Positions 28,501 to 37,528 of a stretch of 64,000 nucleotides of DNA are shown one piece after another; positions within the stretch are counted from its first letter, which is position 1, and each line of letters opens with the position of its first letter. The stretch comes from Thermoanaerobaculia bacterium. GTDB lineage: Bacteria; Acidobacteriota; Thermoanaerobaculia; UBA5066; Gp7-AA6. A model generated the notes under the pieces. It was not told the DNA's origin, ran no database searches, and was given only the letters and a program-made list of their open reading frames with translations. Both the position numbers and the translations under genes were made by a program. The DNA lies in the NCBI GenBank assembly GCA_036395755.1, contig DASWCZ010000094.1, positions 13,884 to 77,883 of the forward strand, written 5' to 3'.

Positions 28501-28668
28501 AGGCGAGGCGTCGGCAACCCCGACTGCGTCGGGGACACGAGTGAAACGAGCGGTCGCGTTGAAAGAAGAAACGGTCGTCCCCATTCAGAACCCTCGTCGG
28601 AAGAGTCGCTTCCGGGAAGTCGTGTAGCCGCGTCTCGACTTCGGCGCCCCCTGGCGTGGGGAGCCGAA

Positions 28669-30234
28669 ATGAACACATCCGTCGCGATCCCGATCGCGAC
28701 CGCCGCCATGGCGGTCGTCTTCGCCGTGGTCGCGTATTTCCTGCTCAAGAGGCGGGTCGCTCGCGAACGCGCTTCGATCCGTCTGGAGGCGGACCGTGTG
28801 CTGGCGGAAGCGACCCGGGCATCCGAAGCGCGCCTCCGCGAAGCGGCCATCGAGGCGAAAGAGAAGGTTCTCGCCGCCCAGGTCGAGTTCGACAAGACGA
28901 TCCAGATCCGCCGCCAGGACGTGGCGGCGTTGGAGAAAAGGGTCGCCCAGAAGGAGGAGAACCTCGACCGGAAGCTCGCCCAGCACGAGAAACGGGATGA
29001 GGAGTTCGCCCGCAAGGAGCGCGCCTTAGCGGACGCCCTGAAGGGGGTCGAGAACGCCCGCGCCGAGGCGGAGGGGCTGATCGAGGAGCAGCAGAAGCGC
29101 CTCGAGCAGATTTCGGGTCTGACGGCCGCCGACGCGAAGCGGGACCTGATCCGGTCGATCGAGAACGAAGCCCGAGTGGAAGCCTCCGGACTCATGCGAC
29201 GCATCGAGGAGGAAGCGGTCGAGCAGGCGACGCAGAAGGCCCGCCACCAGATCGGCATGGCAATCCAGAGACTGGCCTCCGACACCGTCGTCGAAGCGAC
29301 CGTCTCGGTCGTCGAGCTTCCGTCGGACGACTTGAAGGGGCGGATCATCGGACGCGAGGGGCGCAACATCCGGGCGCTCGAAGCGGCGACCGGTGTGGAC
29401 TTGATCATCGACGACACTCCCGAGGCGATCGTCATCAGCGCGTTCGAGCCGATCCGGCGCGAGGTCGCCCGGCTGGCGTTGGAAAAGTTGATCGTCGACG
29501 GTCGGATCCATCCGGCGCGGATCGAAGAGGTCGTCGAGAAGGTCCGCTCGGAGCTCTGGGAAAAGATCCGGCAGGAAGGGGAGGCGACTGCTCTCGAGTT
29601 CGCGATCCCCGACCTTCACCCCGAGCTCATCAAGCTGCTCGGGCGTTTGAAGTTTCGCACCTCGTACGGCCAGAACGTGCTTCAACACTCCAAGGAGGTC
29701 GCGTGGCTCGCGACGAGCATGGCCGGCGAGCTCGGGGCCAAGACGGAAATTGCCAAGCGCGCCGGGCTGCTGCACGACATCGGAAAGGCGATCGACCGCG
29801 AGCAGGAAGGAACCCACCTCGAGCTCGGCCGCGAGGTCCTGAAGAAGTTCGGGGAGGCCGACGACGTGATCCACGCGATGGAGTGCCATCACGGCGACTA
29901 CGAGCCGCGCTCGCTCGAAGCCGTTCTCGTCAACGGCGCCGACGCGCTCTCCGCGGCGCGTCCCGGAGCGCGCCGCGAGATTCTTGAGACGTACGTCAAG
30001 CGGCTCGAGAAGCTCGAGCATATCGCCGACGGCTTCAAAGGAGTTCAGAAGGCGTTCGCCATTCAGGCGGGCCGGGAGTTGCGCATCGTCGTCGAGGCGA
30101 ATCGCGTCACGGACGACGAGGCTCTCTGGCTATCGCGCGACATCGCCCGCAAGATCGAAGCGGAGCTTCAGTATCCCGGTCAGATCAAGGTCACCGTGAT
30201 CCGGGAAACCCGATCCGTCGAGTACGCCCGGTAG
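28669..30234 (+). CDS. rny: ribonuclease Y
   Basis: 521 aa with an N-terminal TM helix, coiled coil, KH domain ([15 protein letters not shown]) and HD domain ([13 protein letters not shown]...LLHDIGKA). The C-terminus is conserved. Confidence 0.95.
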   Translation: MNTSVAIPIATAAMAVVFAVVAYFLLKRRVARERASIRLEADRVLAEATRASEARLREAAIEAKEKVLAAQVEFDKTIQIRRQDVAALEKRVAQKEENLDRKLAQHEKRDEEFARKERALADALKGVENARAEAEGLIEEQQKRLEQISGLTAADAKRDLIRSIENEARVEASGLMRRIEEEAVEQATQKARHQIGMAIQRLASDTVVEATVSVVELPSDDLKGRIIGREGRNIRALEAATGVDLIIDDTPEAIVISAFEPIRREVARLALEKLIVDGRIHPARIEEVVEKVRSELWEKIRQEGEATALEFAIPDLHPELIKLLGRLKFRTSYGQNVLQHSKEVAWLATSMAGELGAKTEIAKRAGLLHDIGKAIDREQEGTHLELGREVLKKFGEADDVIHAMECHHGDYEPRSLEAVLVNGADALSAARPGARREILETYVKRLEKLEHIADGFKGVQKAFAIQAGRELRIVVEANRVTDDEALWLSRDIARKIEAELQYPGQIKVTVIRETRSVEYAR

Positions 30235-30243
30235 CCCGGAAGG

Positions 30244-31026
30244 ATGAACATCCTCTTCGTCGGCGACGTGGTCGGCTCTCCCGGCCGGCGGGCCCTCGAC
30301 CGGGCGCTCCTCCCGCTCATCGACCGGAAGAAGGTCGACTTCACGATCGTCAACGTCGAGAACGCAGCCGGAGGGTTCGGCTTGACGATCGAGCTCTTCG
30401 AAGAGCTCTCGAAGCTCCCCATCGACGTCTTCTCCTCCGGCAACCACATCTGGGACAAAAAGGAGATCTACGCGGTCCTCGACTCCTCCGATCGGTTGCT
30501 CCGCCCGGCCAACTACCCGCCGGGCAACCCCGGGCGCGGATCGACCGTGCAGTCGACCGCTTCGGGGGTGCCGGTCGCGGTGCTGAACCTCCAGGGGCAG
30601 GTGTTCATGCCGGCCCACGCGGATTCTCCGTTCCGCGTCGCGGACGAGGAGCTCGCGCGGTTGAAAGAGGTCAAAGTCATCGTGGTGGACATGCACGCCG
30701 AGGCGACGTCGGAGAAAGTGGCCATCGGCTGGTACCTGGATGGCCGGGTCTCGGCCGTCCTCGGCACCCATACCCACGTTCAGACGGCCGACGAGACCGT
30801 GCGTCCGGGGGGCACCGCGTACCTGACCGACGCGGGCATGACAGGCGCCTACGAAGGCGTGATCGGCTTCGCGCGTGAACGCATCATCGAGAAGTTCCTG
30901 GCGCAGACCCCCAAGTCCTTCGAGACGGCCAAGCGCGACATCCGCCTTTGCGGCGCGCTCGTCGCGGTGGACGAGACGAGCGGTCGCGCCACCGGGATCG
31001 AGCGGATCGCGGTGAAGGTGGAGTGA
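30244..31026 (+). CDS. TIGR00282/YmdB-family metallophosphoesterase
   Basis: MNILFVGDVVGSPGR...VNVENAAGGFG...GNHIWDKKE and GTHTHVQTADE are YmdB-family motifs. The gene lies immediately downstream of rny as in Firmicutes. Confidence 0.85.
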   Translation: MNILFVGDVVGSPGRRALDRALLPLIDRKKVDFTIVNVENAAGGFGLTIELFEELSKLPIDVFSSGNHIWDKKEIYAVLDSSDRLLRPANYPPGNPGRGSTVQSTASGVPVAVLNLQGQVFMPAHADSPFRVADEELARLKEVKVIVVDMHAEATSEKVAIGWYLDGRVSAVLGTHTHVQTADETVRPGGTAYLTDAGMTGAYEGVIGFARERIIEKFLAQTPKSFETAKRDIRLCGALVAVDETSGRATGIERIAVKVE

Positions 31027-31877
31027 GGTTCGGGAGCACCGTGCCGAGAGAGAAACTGTCGGCGATCGTCACGAGCTTCAACGAAGCCATCAACATCAGG
31101 GAGTGCCTCGAAAGCGTCACGTTCGCCGACGAGGTGCTCCTCGTCGACTCGTTCTCAGCCGACTCGACTCTCGATCTCGCCCGGCAGGTCCCCGGCGTCC
31201 GAATCCTCCAGCGCGAGTACTTCGGGTCGGCGGCGCAGAAGAACTGGGCGATGGACCAGACCGTCCACCCGTGGGTCCTGATCGTCGACGCGGACGAGCG
31301 CGTCACGCCCGGTCTGGCGCGGGAGATCCAGGATCTGCTGGAACGCGGGCCGGAGGCGAGCTTCTACTCAATCCGGCGTCGCAATCTCTTTCTCGACCGG
31401 CTCATCCGCCATTCGGGCTGGTCCACGGACAAGGTCGTGCGCCTGCTGCGGCGCGGCGCCGCGCGCTATCCGCGGCGGAGGGTCCATGCCGACATCCGGC
31501 CCGAAGGCCCCGCGCCGACGCTCAACAGTTCGCTGCTCCATTACACGTTCCGGTCGCTCGGACAGTATCTGGAGAAGCTCCACCGGTATGCGGAGTGGGG
31601 CGCCGCGGACGCCTATCGCCGGGGAAAGGACTCCGGCGCGCTGCAGCTGTTTTTCCGTCCAGCCTGGAGGTTCGTGCGGACGTACGTGTTCCAGGCGGGT
31701 TTCTTGGACGGCCGCCACGGCCTCGTACTGTGCATGCTTCAGGCTTACGGAGTCTTCCTGAAGTGGGCGAAGCTCTGGGAGTGGCGCCGGTTCGATCACA
31801 ACGGGTGGAAATTCGAGCTCCCCGCATACGATGATTCCGAAGAAACCTGGGGAGGAGCGGCGACCGCCGCCGAGTGA
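31023..31877 (+). CDS. GT2 glycosyltransferase (LPS core KdtX/WaaE-like)
   Basis: SAIVTSFNEAINIRECLESV...VLLVDSFSADST...VLIVDADERV GT-A motifs. A GTG start overlaps the ymdB-like stop; an alternative GTG lies at 31041. Confidence 0.75.
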   Translation: MRFGSTVPREKLSAIVTSFNEAINIRECLESVTFADEVLLVDSFSADSTLDLARQVPGVRILQREYFGSAAQKNWAMDQTVHPWVLIVDADERVTPGLAREIQDLLERGPEASFYSIRRRNLFLDRLIRHSGWSTDKVVRLLRRGAARYPRRRVHADIRPEGPAPTLNSSLLHYTFRSLGQYLEKLHRYAEWGAADAYRRGKDSGALQLFFRPAWRFVRTYVFQAGFLDGRHGLVLCMLQAYGVFLKWAKLWEWRRFDHNGWKFELPAYDDSEETWGGAATAAE

Positions 31878-31882
31878 CGTCG

Positions 31883-32362
31883 ATGTTCCGGCGAGAAAGA
31901 CCTTCGCTTCCGCTCGGTCCCGGTGACGAAGCTCCCGACTTCGCGCTGCCCGATTCGACGGGTGCCGTGCAGCGTCTCTCCGACTTCCGCGGGAAGACGG
32001 TCGTCCTCTGGTTCTATCCGAAGGCGCGCACTCCCGGGTGAACGATCGAAGGCCGCGGGTTCCGCGACCTCGCTGGCGATTTCAAGAAGGCGAACACCCA
32101 GATTCTGGGGATCTCCTTCGATCCCGTGAAGACGAACGCCGCCTTCGTCCGGAAGGAGGGCTTTCCTTTCCCGCTCCTCTCCGACGAGCGGCGTCGAGTC
32201 GGCCTAGCGTATGGCGCCTGCGGCTCGCCCGATGCGCGCTCCGCGCGGCGGATCTCCTACGTGATCGGCGGGGACGGCCGCATCGAGAAGGCTTATCCCG
32301 CGGTGTCGCCGGCGTCCCACGCGCGCGATGTGCTCGCCTTTCTCGCCGAGAGCCGCGCATAG
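31883..32362 (+). CDS. bcp: Bcp/PrxQ-type peroxiredoxin with in-frame TGA (32039-32041) at the peroxidatic-Cys position; candidate selenoprotein (or pseudogene/base-call error)
   Basis: One reading frame from ATG 31883 to TAG 32362 gives LPDSTGAVQRLSDFRGKTVVLWFYPKARTPG-U-TIEGRGFRDLAGDFKKANTQILGISFDPVKTNAAFVRKEGFPFPLLSD..., colinear with E. coli Bcp. The TGA aligns with the Cys of TPGCT. The ORF caller split it into 31883-32041 and 32126-32362. Confidence 0.6.
32047..32072 (+). other. SECIS-like stem-loop 17 nt downstream of the in-frame UGA of bcp
   Basis: CGAAGGCCGCGGGUUCCGCGACCUCG has an inner 4-bp GC stem and an outer helix with one mismatch and one bulge. The GGUUC apical loop starts 17 nt after the UGA, within the reported bacterial SECIS window. 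Confidence 0.4.
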
Positions 32363-33399
32363 AACTCGCGAGCTTTCCGCGCGAACACCTCCGGACTGAA
32401 CTCGAGCGCCCGTCGGCGGCCGAGCTCGCCCATTCGGAGCCGCTCGCCCGTCGAATCGTGGAGACGCCGGAGCGCCGGCGCGAGGTCGGCTGCGCTCCCG
32501 ACGACGATCCCCTCGCGTCCGTCGGTCACGAGGTCGAGGACTCCCGGCATGTCCCGGGCGACGACCGGGACCCCCGAGGCCATCGCTTCCAGGAGCGCCC
32601 GCTGACCCTGCTCCGATCCGGAGGCGGTGAAGAGAAACACGTCCATCGCGCGGTAGAGCTCCGGCAAGCCTTCCTCCTCGTATCCCGCCCAGAAATTCCG
32701 CCCGGCCGTTCCCAGGGATGCGGCGTGCGCCTCGAGCTCCGGCCGCAGCTCTCCCTTTCCTACGTGAAGGAGAACCGCGTCGGAAGCGAGCGCTTGCGCC
32801 GCCTCGATGGCTTCGCGATGGCCGCGACCCTCGGCGATCTTCCCGACGGTGCCGACGACGAAGCTTCCGTCGGGCACCCCGAGAGCGCGAAGACGTTCTG
32901 GCCGTCTCGCGTCCGGTCGAAACCGCTCCCGATCGACGACCGGCGAATGAACCGGGCCGGTCCGGCCCGACCGAGAGGCGATCGTGCGGTTGGCAAACGC
33001 AAAAGAGTCGGTCGAGCGAAAGAGGGCGCGCGAAAAAACGTCGCGGCGCAGGGCGTCGGAGTGGTGGAGGGTGCGGGCGAGGAGAACGTCCGTGCCGCGC
33101 ACGGCCGCCGCCGCGACGAAGTGGTCGTGGGAAAGGTGGCAGTGGACGACGTCGTAGGTCTCCCGGAGGAGAGTCTCCCTGACGAGCCGGACGTCGTGCC
33201 AGTAGCCGGTCGGGGTCCGCGATCGGGATAAGAGCGGCCGCGCCCAGCCGAGAGGCAGGAGCCGCCGGGCGAGGGGCGTGTCACGAACAAAGCCGAACTG
33301 CGCTTCCACGCCGGCCGCGACGAGCGCCGCCGTCTGTTGGAAGACGACCGCCGCCGCGCCGGTCCATTTCTCGCCGGTCACCAGGTGCAGGACGCGCAT
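32293..33399 (-). CDS. GT4-family (group 1) glycosyltransferase
   Basis: GT-B retaining-type motifs ([41 protein letters not shown]). It is convergent with bcp and the ORFs overlap by about 70 nt. Confidence 0.8.
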   Translation of the reverse strand: MRVLHLVTGEKWTGAAAVVFQQTAALVAAGVEAQFGFVRDTPLARRLLPLGWARPLLSRSRTPTGYWHDVRLVRETLLRETYDVVHCHLSHDHFVAAAAVRGTDVLLARTLHHSDALRRDVFSRALFRSTDSFAFANRTIASRSGRTGPVHSPVVDRERFRPDARRPERLRALGVPDGSFVVGTVGKIAEGRGHREAIEAAQALASDAVLLHVGKGELRPELEAHAASLGTAGRNFWAGYEEEGLPELYRAMDVFLFTASGSEQGQRALLEAMASGVPVVARDMPGVLDLVTDGREGIVVGSAADLAPALRRLHDSTGERLRMGELGRRRALEFSPEVFARKAREFYARLSARKASTSRAWDAGDTAG

Positions 33400-33432
33400 G
33401 AAAAGAAGGTATCAGCAGTAAACTTCGCCGCG

Positions 33433-33723
33433 ATGGCCGTGGATCCGGAGCTGCTCGCGATTCTCGTCTGCCCCAAGACCAAGGGCCCGCTCGAGCTCGT
33501 GGACTTGGACGACGAGGCGCGCCGAGCCCTCGTCGAGAAGTACCGCGAGAAATTCCGCGACGAGGAGCCTGTGGTCACCCAGGGTCTCCTGTCCAGGACG
33601 GCGGACCTCGTGTATCCGATCGTTTCCGACATTCCGGTCATGCTGATCGACGAGGCGCTGCCGGCCTCCGCGGGGTCTGATCCCCGCAGGGGGTCAGACC
33701 CCGACTCGAGACGGAAGACGTAA
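33433..33723 (+). CDS. Trm112/YcaR-like (DUF343) small protein
   Basis: [22 protein letters not shown]...[10 protein letters not shown] matches the UPF0434/Trm112 family, which is often embedded in LPS gene clusters. The ATG at 33433 is preferred over the longer ORF. Confidence 0.7.
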   Translation: MAVDPELLAILVCPKTKGPLELVDLDDEARRALVEKYREKFRDEEPVVTQGLLSRTADLVYPIVSDIPVMLIDEALPASAGSDPRRGSDPDSRRKT

Positions 33724-33889
33724 GACGAAGAGGCCATTCATCCGCAGAGCGCTCTTTCCTCTCCTCGTTCTCTTCGCCCTCCTTTCTTCGCAGATTTCGA
33801 TCGGCTACGGTCTCTTCATCCTCCTCGTCGCGGGCTGGCTCGGCACGGGATGGCGGCTCGAGAGCGTTCGGCGCGCGCTGGTTCATCCC

Positions 33890-34909
33890 TTGACCGCTCT
33901 CGCGGGCGTCTTCGCGCTCCTCGTCGTGATGTCGGTCGTCTTCTCCGTCGATCCCGGCGCGAGCGTCCGGGCGCTCCCGAGCCTCTCACTCTTCCTCCTG
34001 CTGCCGATCTCGATCGACCTGGTGGACAGTCTGCGGCGAGCCCGGGCGATTCTTCTCGCGGTTGCGGCGAGCGGGACGGCGATGGCGCTCTTGGGTCTCG
34101 CCCAGCTCGCGCGCGGAGGACCGAATCTGCAGAGCCGGATTCACGCGAATCTGTCCCACTACATGACGCTCTCGGGACTCACCCTTCTCGCCGGATGCGT
34201 CCTCCTCGCATTTCTCTTCGAGGGCCGCGGCGGGCAACGGTGGCTGGGGGTCGCCGCGCTCGCCCCGTTCGCGGCGATGATCTTCACGCTCACGCGCGGC
34301 GCCTACGTCGGAGCCGTCGTGGCCGTCGCCGCCTATCTGGCTGTGCGCCGCCCTCTCGGGCTCCTCGTCCTCGCACCGGCGCTCGTGGCGATCTTCCTTC
34401 TGCTGCCCGCCGGCGTCCGCGGGCGCGCGGCGTCGATCGCCGACCCGACGGACCGCACCAACCGCGACCGGATTGCAATGGCGAACGCCGGAAGGCGGAT
34501 GATCGTCGACCGCCCGATCTTCGGCCTCGGTCCCGAGCTCGTGAAGCCGTACTACACCCTCTATCGCGACCCGGACGCGCCCCGCTGGAGAGTGCCGCAT
34601 CTCCACGACAACGTCCTCCAGATCGCGGCTGCAAACGGAGTCTTCGCCGCGGCCGCGTACCTCGGCCTTCTGGCGCTCTTTTTCGCGCGAGCCGCCGCGG
34701 TCCTGCGGAGGGAGCGCACCGCCGGTCGAGGCCTCATCGCCGCGGCGACATTCCTCGGCGTCGCGGCCGCGACGGTCGCGGGCCTCTTCGAGTACAACTT
34801 CGGCGACAAGGAAGTGTTGATGGCCACGCTGCCGCTTCTCGCTCTCCCGTTCTGTCGCGGGATGACGGAATCCGAAGAGGGCGGGCGTTCGCCCCGGATA
34901 CAATCGTGA
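33890..34909 (+). CDS. O-antigen ligase/polymerase family membrane protein (Wzy_C domain)
   Basis: Multiple TM helices and the Wzy_C-like segment FTLTRGAYVGAVVAV. The ORF caller starts at TTG 33890, but the TM-rich in-frame sequence (KRPFIRRALFPLLVLFALL...) extends back to about 33725 without a canonical start. Confidence 0.65.
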   Translation: MTALAGVFALLVVMSVVFSVDPGASVRALPSLSLFLLLPISIDLVDSLRRARAILLAVAASGTAMALLGLAQLARGGPNLQSRIHANLSHYMTLSGLTLLAGCVLLAFLFEGRGGQRWLGVAALAPFAAMIFTLTRGAYVGAVVAVAAYLAVRRPLGLLVLAPALVAIFLLLPAGVRGRAASIADPTDRTNRDRIAMANAGRRMIVDRPIFGLGPELVKPYYTLYRDPDAPRWRVPHLHDNVLQIAAANGVFAAAAYLGLLALFFARAAAVLRRERTAGRGLIAAATFLGVAAATVAGLFEYNFGDKEVLMATLPLLALPFCRGMTESEEGGRSPRIQS

Positions 34910-34914
34910 GCCGG

Positions 34915-36342
34915 ATGTTTCCCCGCCCGGTCCCGGCCGCCGCGCCGCCGCGCCCTTACACGGTCTCGGAGCTCCTTGCCGAGGTCGGGGGCAGCCTGCG
35001 CGCGTCGTGGCGCGACGTCGCGGTGACGGGCGAGATCGCTCGTTGGGAAGTGCGCGGCGGTCACGGATACTTCACGCTGAAGGACCGCACCGGATGCTTG
35101 AACGCGATCATTTTCGCGTCCGATCGCGAGCGGATTCCGTTCCGCGTCGAGCCGGGGCTCGAAGTGGTCGCGCGCGGCTCGCTCGACCTGTGGCCGCCGC
35201 AGGGCAAGTTCCAGCTGAAGGCGTACCAGATCGAGCCGGTCGGGGCCGGAGCGCTGCAGCTCGCTTTCGAGCAGCTGAAGGCGCGGCTCTCGGCGGAGGG
35301 CCTGTTCGATGCCTCCCGCAAGCGGCGAATCCCGCTGTTTCCGCGGTCGATCGCTCTCGTCACGTCGCCCGACGGAGCGGCGATTCGCGACATCCTGAAC
35401 GTGCTCCGGCGCCGGCACGACGGGCTCGCGATCACGATCTATCCCGCGCGGGTGCAGGGCGTCGGCGCCGCGGCGGAGATCGCCGACGGGATCCATGCGC
35501 TCAACCGGCGGGGAGGTTTCGACGTTCTGATCGTCACCCGCGGAGGAGGATCACCGGAGGACCTCGCCCCGTTCAACGACGAAAGGGTCGCCCGCGCTCT
35601 CGCCGGCTCCGGCATCCCGACGATCTCGGCCGTCGGCCACGAGACCGACGTCTCGATCGCTGACCTCGCCGCGGACCTGCGCGCCGCGACGCCGTCGGCG
35701 GCCGCGGAGCTCGTGGTCGAGAGAAAAGAGGAGCTGTGTCGGCGCGCCGAAGGCTGGCGGCTCCGGGTCGAGCGGGCGATTCGGTCACGCCTCGTACTCG
35801 GCCGAGCGCGGGTCGCCGAGGAGAAGCGCGCGGAGGGCCTCCTGCGCTTCCGCTACCGGCTGCGCGAGCGGAGCGAGCGCGTGGCGCAGGACCTCGCCGC
35901 GTTGAAGGGCGCACTCGAACGGCGCCCCGCCCGCCTCGCCGCGCGGCTCGAGAGCGTACGGCGCGCTCTCACCGCCTTTCCGCGCTTGGCGGAGCTCTCC
36001 CGAAAGATGGATGCCGCCGCGAACCGGCGCCGGATGCTGGAAGACCGGATGAACCGCGCGCTCGAGCGACGCATCGGATCTCTGCGCGAGTGCGGTGAGA
36101 AGCTCGGCCTAGTGAACCCCTTCTCGATCCTCGCGCGCGGATACGCGGTCGCCTACCGGGAAGGAACGAAGTCTCCGCTCCTTTCGGCTGCGTCGGTCCG
36201 ACCCGGCGAGCGGATCCGGGTCCGGCTCCACGAGGGAGAGCTCCGAGCGATCGTCCGGGGGACGCCGCTTCCGCGCCCGCCGCGGCCGCCGGAGGGCGAC
36301 TTCGGGCCGCTCTTCTCCGACGCGGCGGAGGAAAAACCGTGA
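34915..36342 (+). CDS. xseA: exodeoxyribonuclease VII large subunit
   Basis: N-terminal OB fold (YTVSELLAEVGGSLRASWRDVAVTGEIARWEVRGGHGYFTLKD), catalytic core (IALVTSPDGAAIRDIL, VLIVTRGGGSPEDL, ISAVGHETDVSIAD) and a coiled-coil C-terminus. ATG 34915 or GTG 34906 are possible starts. Confidence 0.92.
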   Translation: MFPRPVPAAAPPRPYTVSELLAEVGGSLRASWRDVAVTGEIARWEVRGGHGYFTLKDRTGCLNAIIFASDRERIPFRVEPGLEVVARGSLDLWPPQGKFQLKAYQIEPVGAGALQLAFEQLKARLSAEGLFDASRKRRIPLFPRSIALVTSPDGAAIRDILNVLRRRHDGLAITIYPARVQGVGAAAEIADGIHALNRRGGFDVLIVTRGGGSPEDLAPFNDERVARALAGSGIPTISAVGHETDVSIADLAADLRAATPSAAAELVVERKEELCRRAEGWRLRVERAIRSRLVLGRARVAEEKRAEGLLRFRYRLRERSERVAQDLAALKGALERRPARLAARLESVRRALTAFPRLAELSRKMDAAANRRRMLEDRMNRALERRIGSLRECGEKLGLVNPFSILARGYAVAYREGTKSPLLSAASVRPGERIRVRLHEGELRAIVRGTPLPRPPRPPEGDFGPLFSDAAEEKP

Positions 36343-36620
36343 CCACGCGCGTCTCGAGGAAGGAGCGCAGCTTCGAGGAAGCGATGGAGCGCCTCGAAGC
36401 GATCGTCTCGGAGATCGAATCCGACGAGCTCGGGCTGGAGAAGCAGTTCGAGCTCTTCAAGGAGGGAATGGCTCTCGCCCGCTTCTGTGACGCGAAGTTG
36501 AAGGAAGTCGGCAAGTCCGTCGAGCTCGTCCTGAAGGAGTCGGGCGAGGAATGGAAGACCGTCCCGTTCGATGCGGGGCCGATCGCGGGCGAGGACTCGG
36601 ACGACGACGACCGCGACTGA
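36339..36620 (+). CDS. xseB: exodeoxyribonuclease VII small subunit
   Basis: 93 aa with SFEEAMERLEAIVSEIESDELGLEKQFELFKEGMALARFCDAKLKEV, canonical XseB. GTG start overlaps the xseA stop. Confidence 0.9.
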   Translation: MTTRVSRKERSFEEAMERLEAIVSEIESDELGLEKQFELFKEGMALARFCDAKLKEVGKSVELVLKESGEEWKTVPFDAGPIAGEDSDDDDRD

Positions 36621-37512
36621 ACGCAATATCGTCGCCTACCTCTCCGCGCGCCGGGCAGAGATCGACTCCGAGCTCGAGCGACTCGTGCCGCCCGGGTCGC
36701 GCTGGCCCGAAACGCTCCATCGCGCCGTGCGCCACAGTCTCTTCGCGGGAGGCAAGCGGCTTCGCCCGATACTGTGCCTCGCGGCGGCCGAAGCCCTGGG
36801 AGCTTCCGCGCAAGACGTGCTCGCGCCGGCCTGCGGGCTCGAGCTCCTCCACACGTACTCACTCGTCCACGACGACCTTCCGGCCATGGACGACGCGCCG
36901 CTGCGCCGCGGCGCGCCGACCTCCCACGTCGTGTTCGGGGAGGCGACGGCGATCCTCGCCGGCGACGCCCTCCTGACCCTCGGCCTCGCGGTCCTCGCGC
37001 GCCATCCCGAGGGGCGACGCTACGCCGCGGTGAAGCTCCAGGTCTTAGACGTCGTCACGCAGGCGATCGGCAGCGAGGGAATGATCGGCGGCCAGGTGTC
37101 GGATCTCGAGGCGGAGAGGGAGGGTCTGCGGTCGCCCGAGATCCTTTTCTCGATCCACGACGCCAAGACGGGTCGCCTGATTCGGGCCTCCGCAACCGCC
37201 GGCGGGCTCTATGCGTTCGCCTCCGACGATGTGCTCGCAAGGCTCGACGCTTACGGCCGCGCGCTCGGCCTGGCCTTTCAGATCAAGGACGATCTGCTCG
37301 ACGTCGAATCCGACGCCGCGACGCTCGGGAAGCGGTCCGGGAGCGACTCCGAAGCGCAGAAGCTCACCTTTCCCGCGGTTTGGGGGCTCGACCGCTCGCG
37401 GGAGATCCTCGCGGAGAAGACCGAAGAGGCGATTGCCGAGGCCCGCGCGCTCCCGGCAGGGGGCGGACGGCTCGTCGATCTCGCGCGATTCGTCCAGCAA
37501 CGGCGGTCGTAG
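36571..37512 (+). CDS. polyprenyl diphosphate synthase (FPP/GGPP synthase, IspA-like)
   Basis: FARM (LVHDDLPAMDDAPLRRG) and SARM (FQIKDDLLD) aspartate-rich motifs plus GGKRLRP. Sits in the usual xseB-ispA position. The start at 36571 overlaps xseB by 50 nt. Confidence 0.88.
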   Translation: MRGRSRARTRTTTTATERNIVAYLSARRAEIDSELERLVPPGSRWPETLHRAVRHSLFAGGKRLRPILCLAAAEALGASAQDVLAPACGLELLHTYSLVHDDLPAMDDAPLRRGAPTSHVVFGEATAILAGDALLTLGLAVLARHPEGRRYAAVKLQVLDVVTQAIGSEGMIGGQVSDLEAEREGLRSPEILFSIHDAKTGRLIRASATAGGLYAFASDDVLARLDAYGRALGLAFQIKDDLLDVESDAATLGKRSGSDSEAQKLTFPAVWGLDRSREILAEKTEEAIAEARALPAGGGRLVDLARFVQQRRS

Positions 37513-37528
37513 CAGACCGCTTCCGCTG

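Noticed and set aside
28501-28668. Possible small RNA or alternative hairpins (GTCGG-CAACC-CCGAC versus CCCCGAC-TGC-GTCGGGG) in the zapA-rny intergenic region
   Set aside because: No U-tract, promoter or conserved ncRNA motif is recognisable.
31923-32129. 68-aa ORF bridging the two bcp fragments
   Set aside because: It is in a different frame from both Bcp-homologous segments and has a low-complexity Arg/Ser-rich translation. It is explained by the UGA read-through model.
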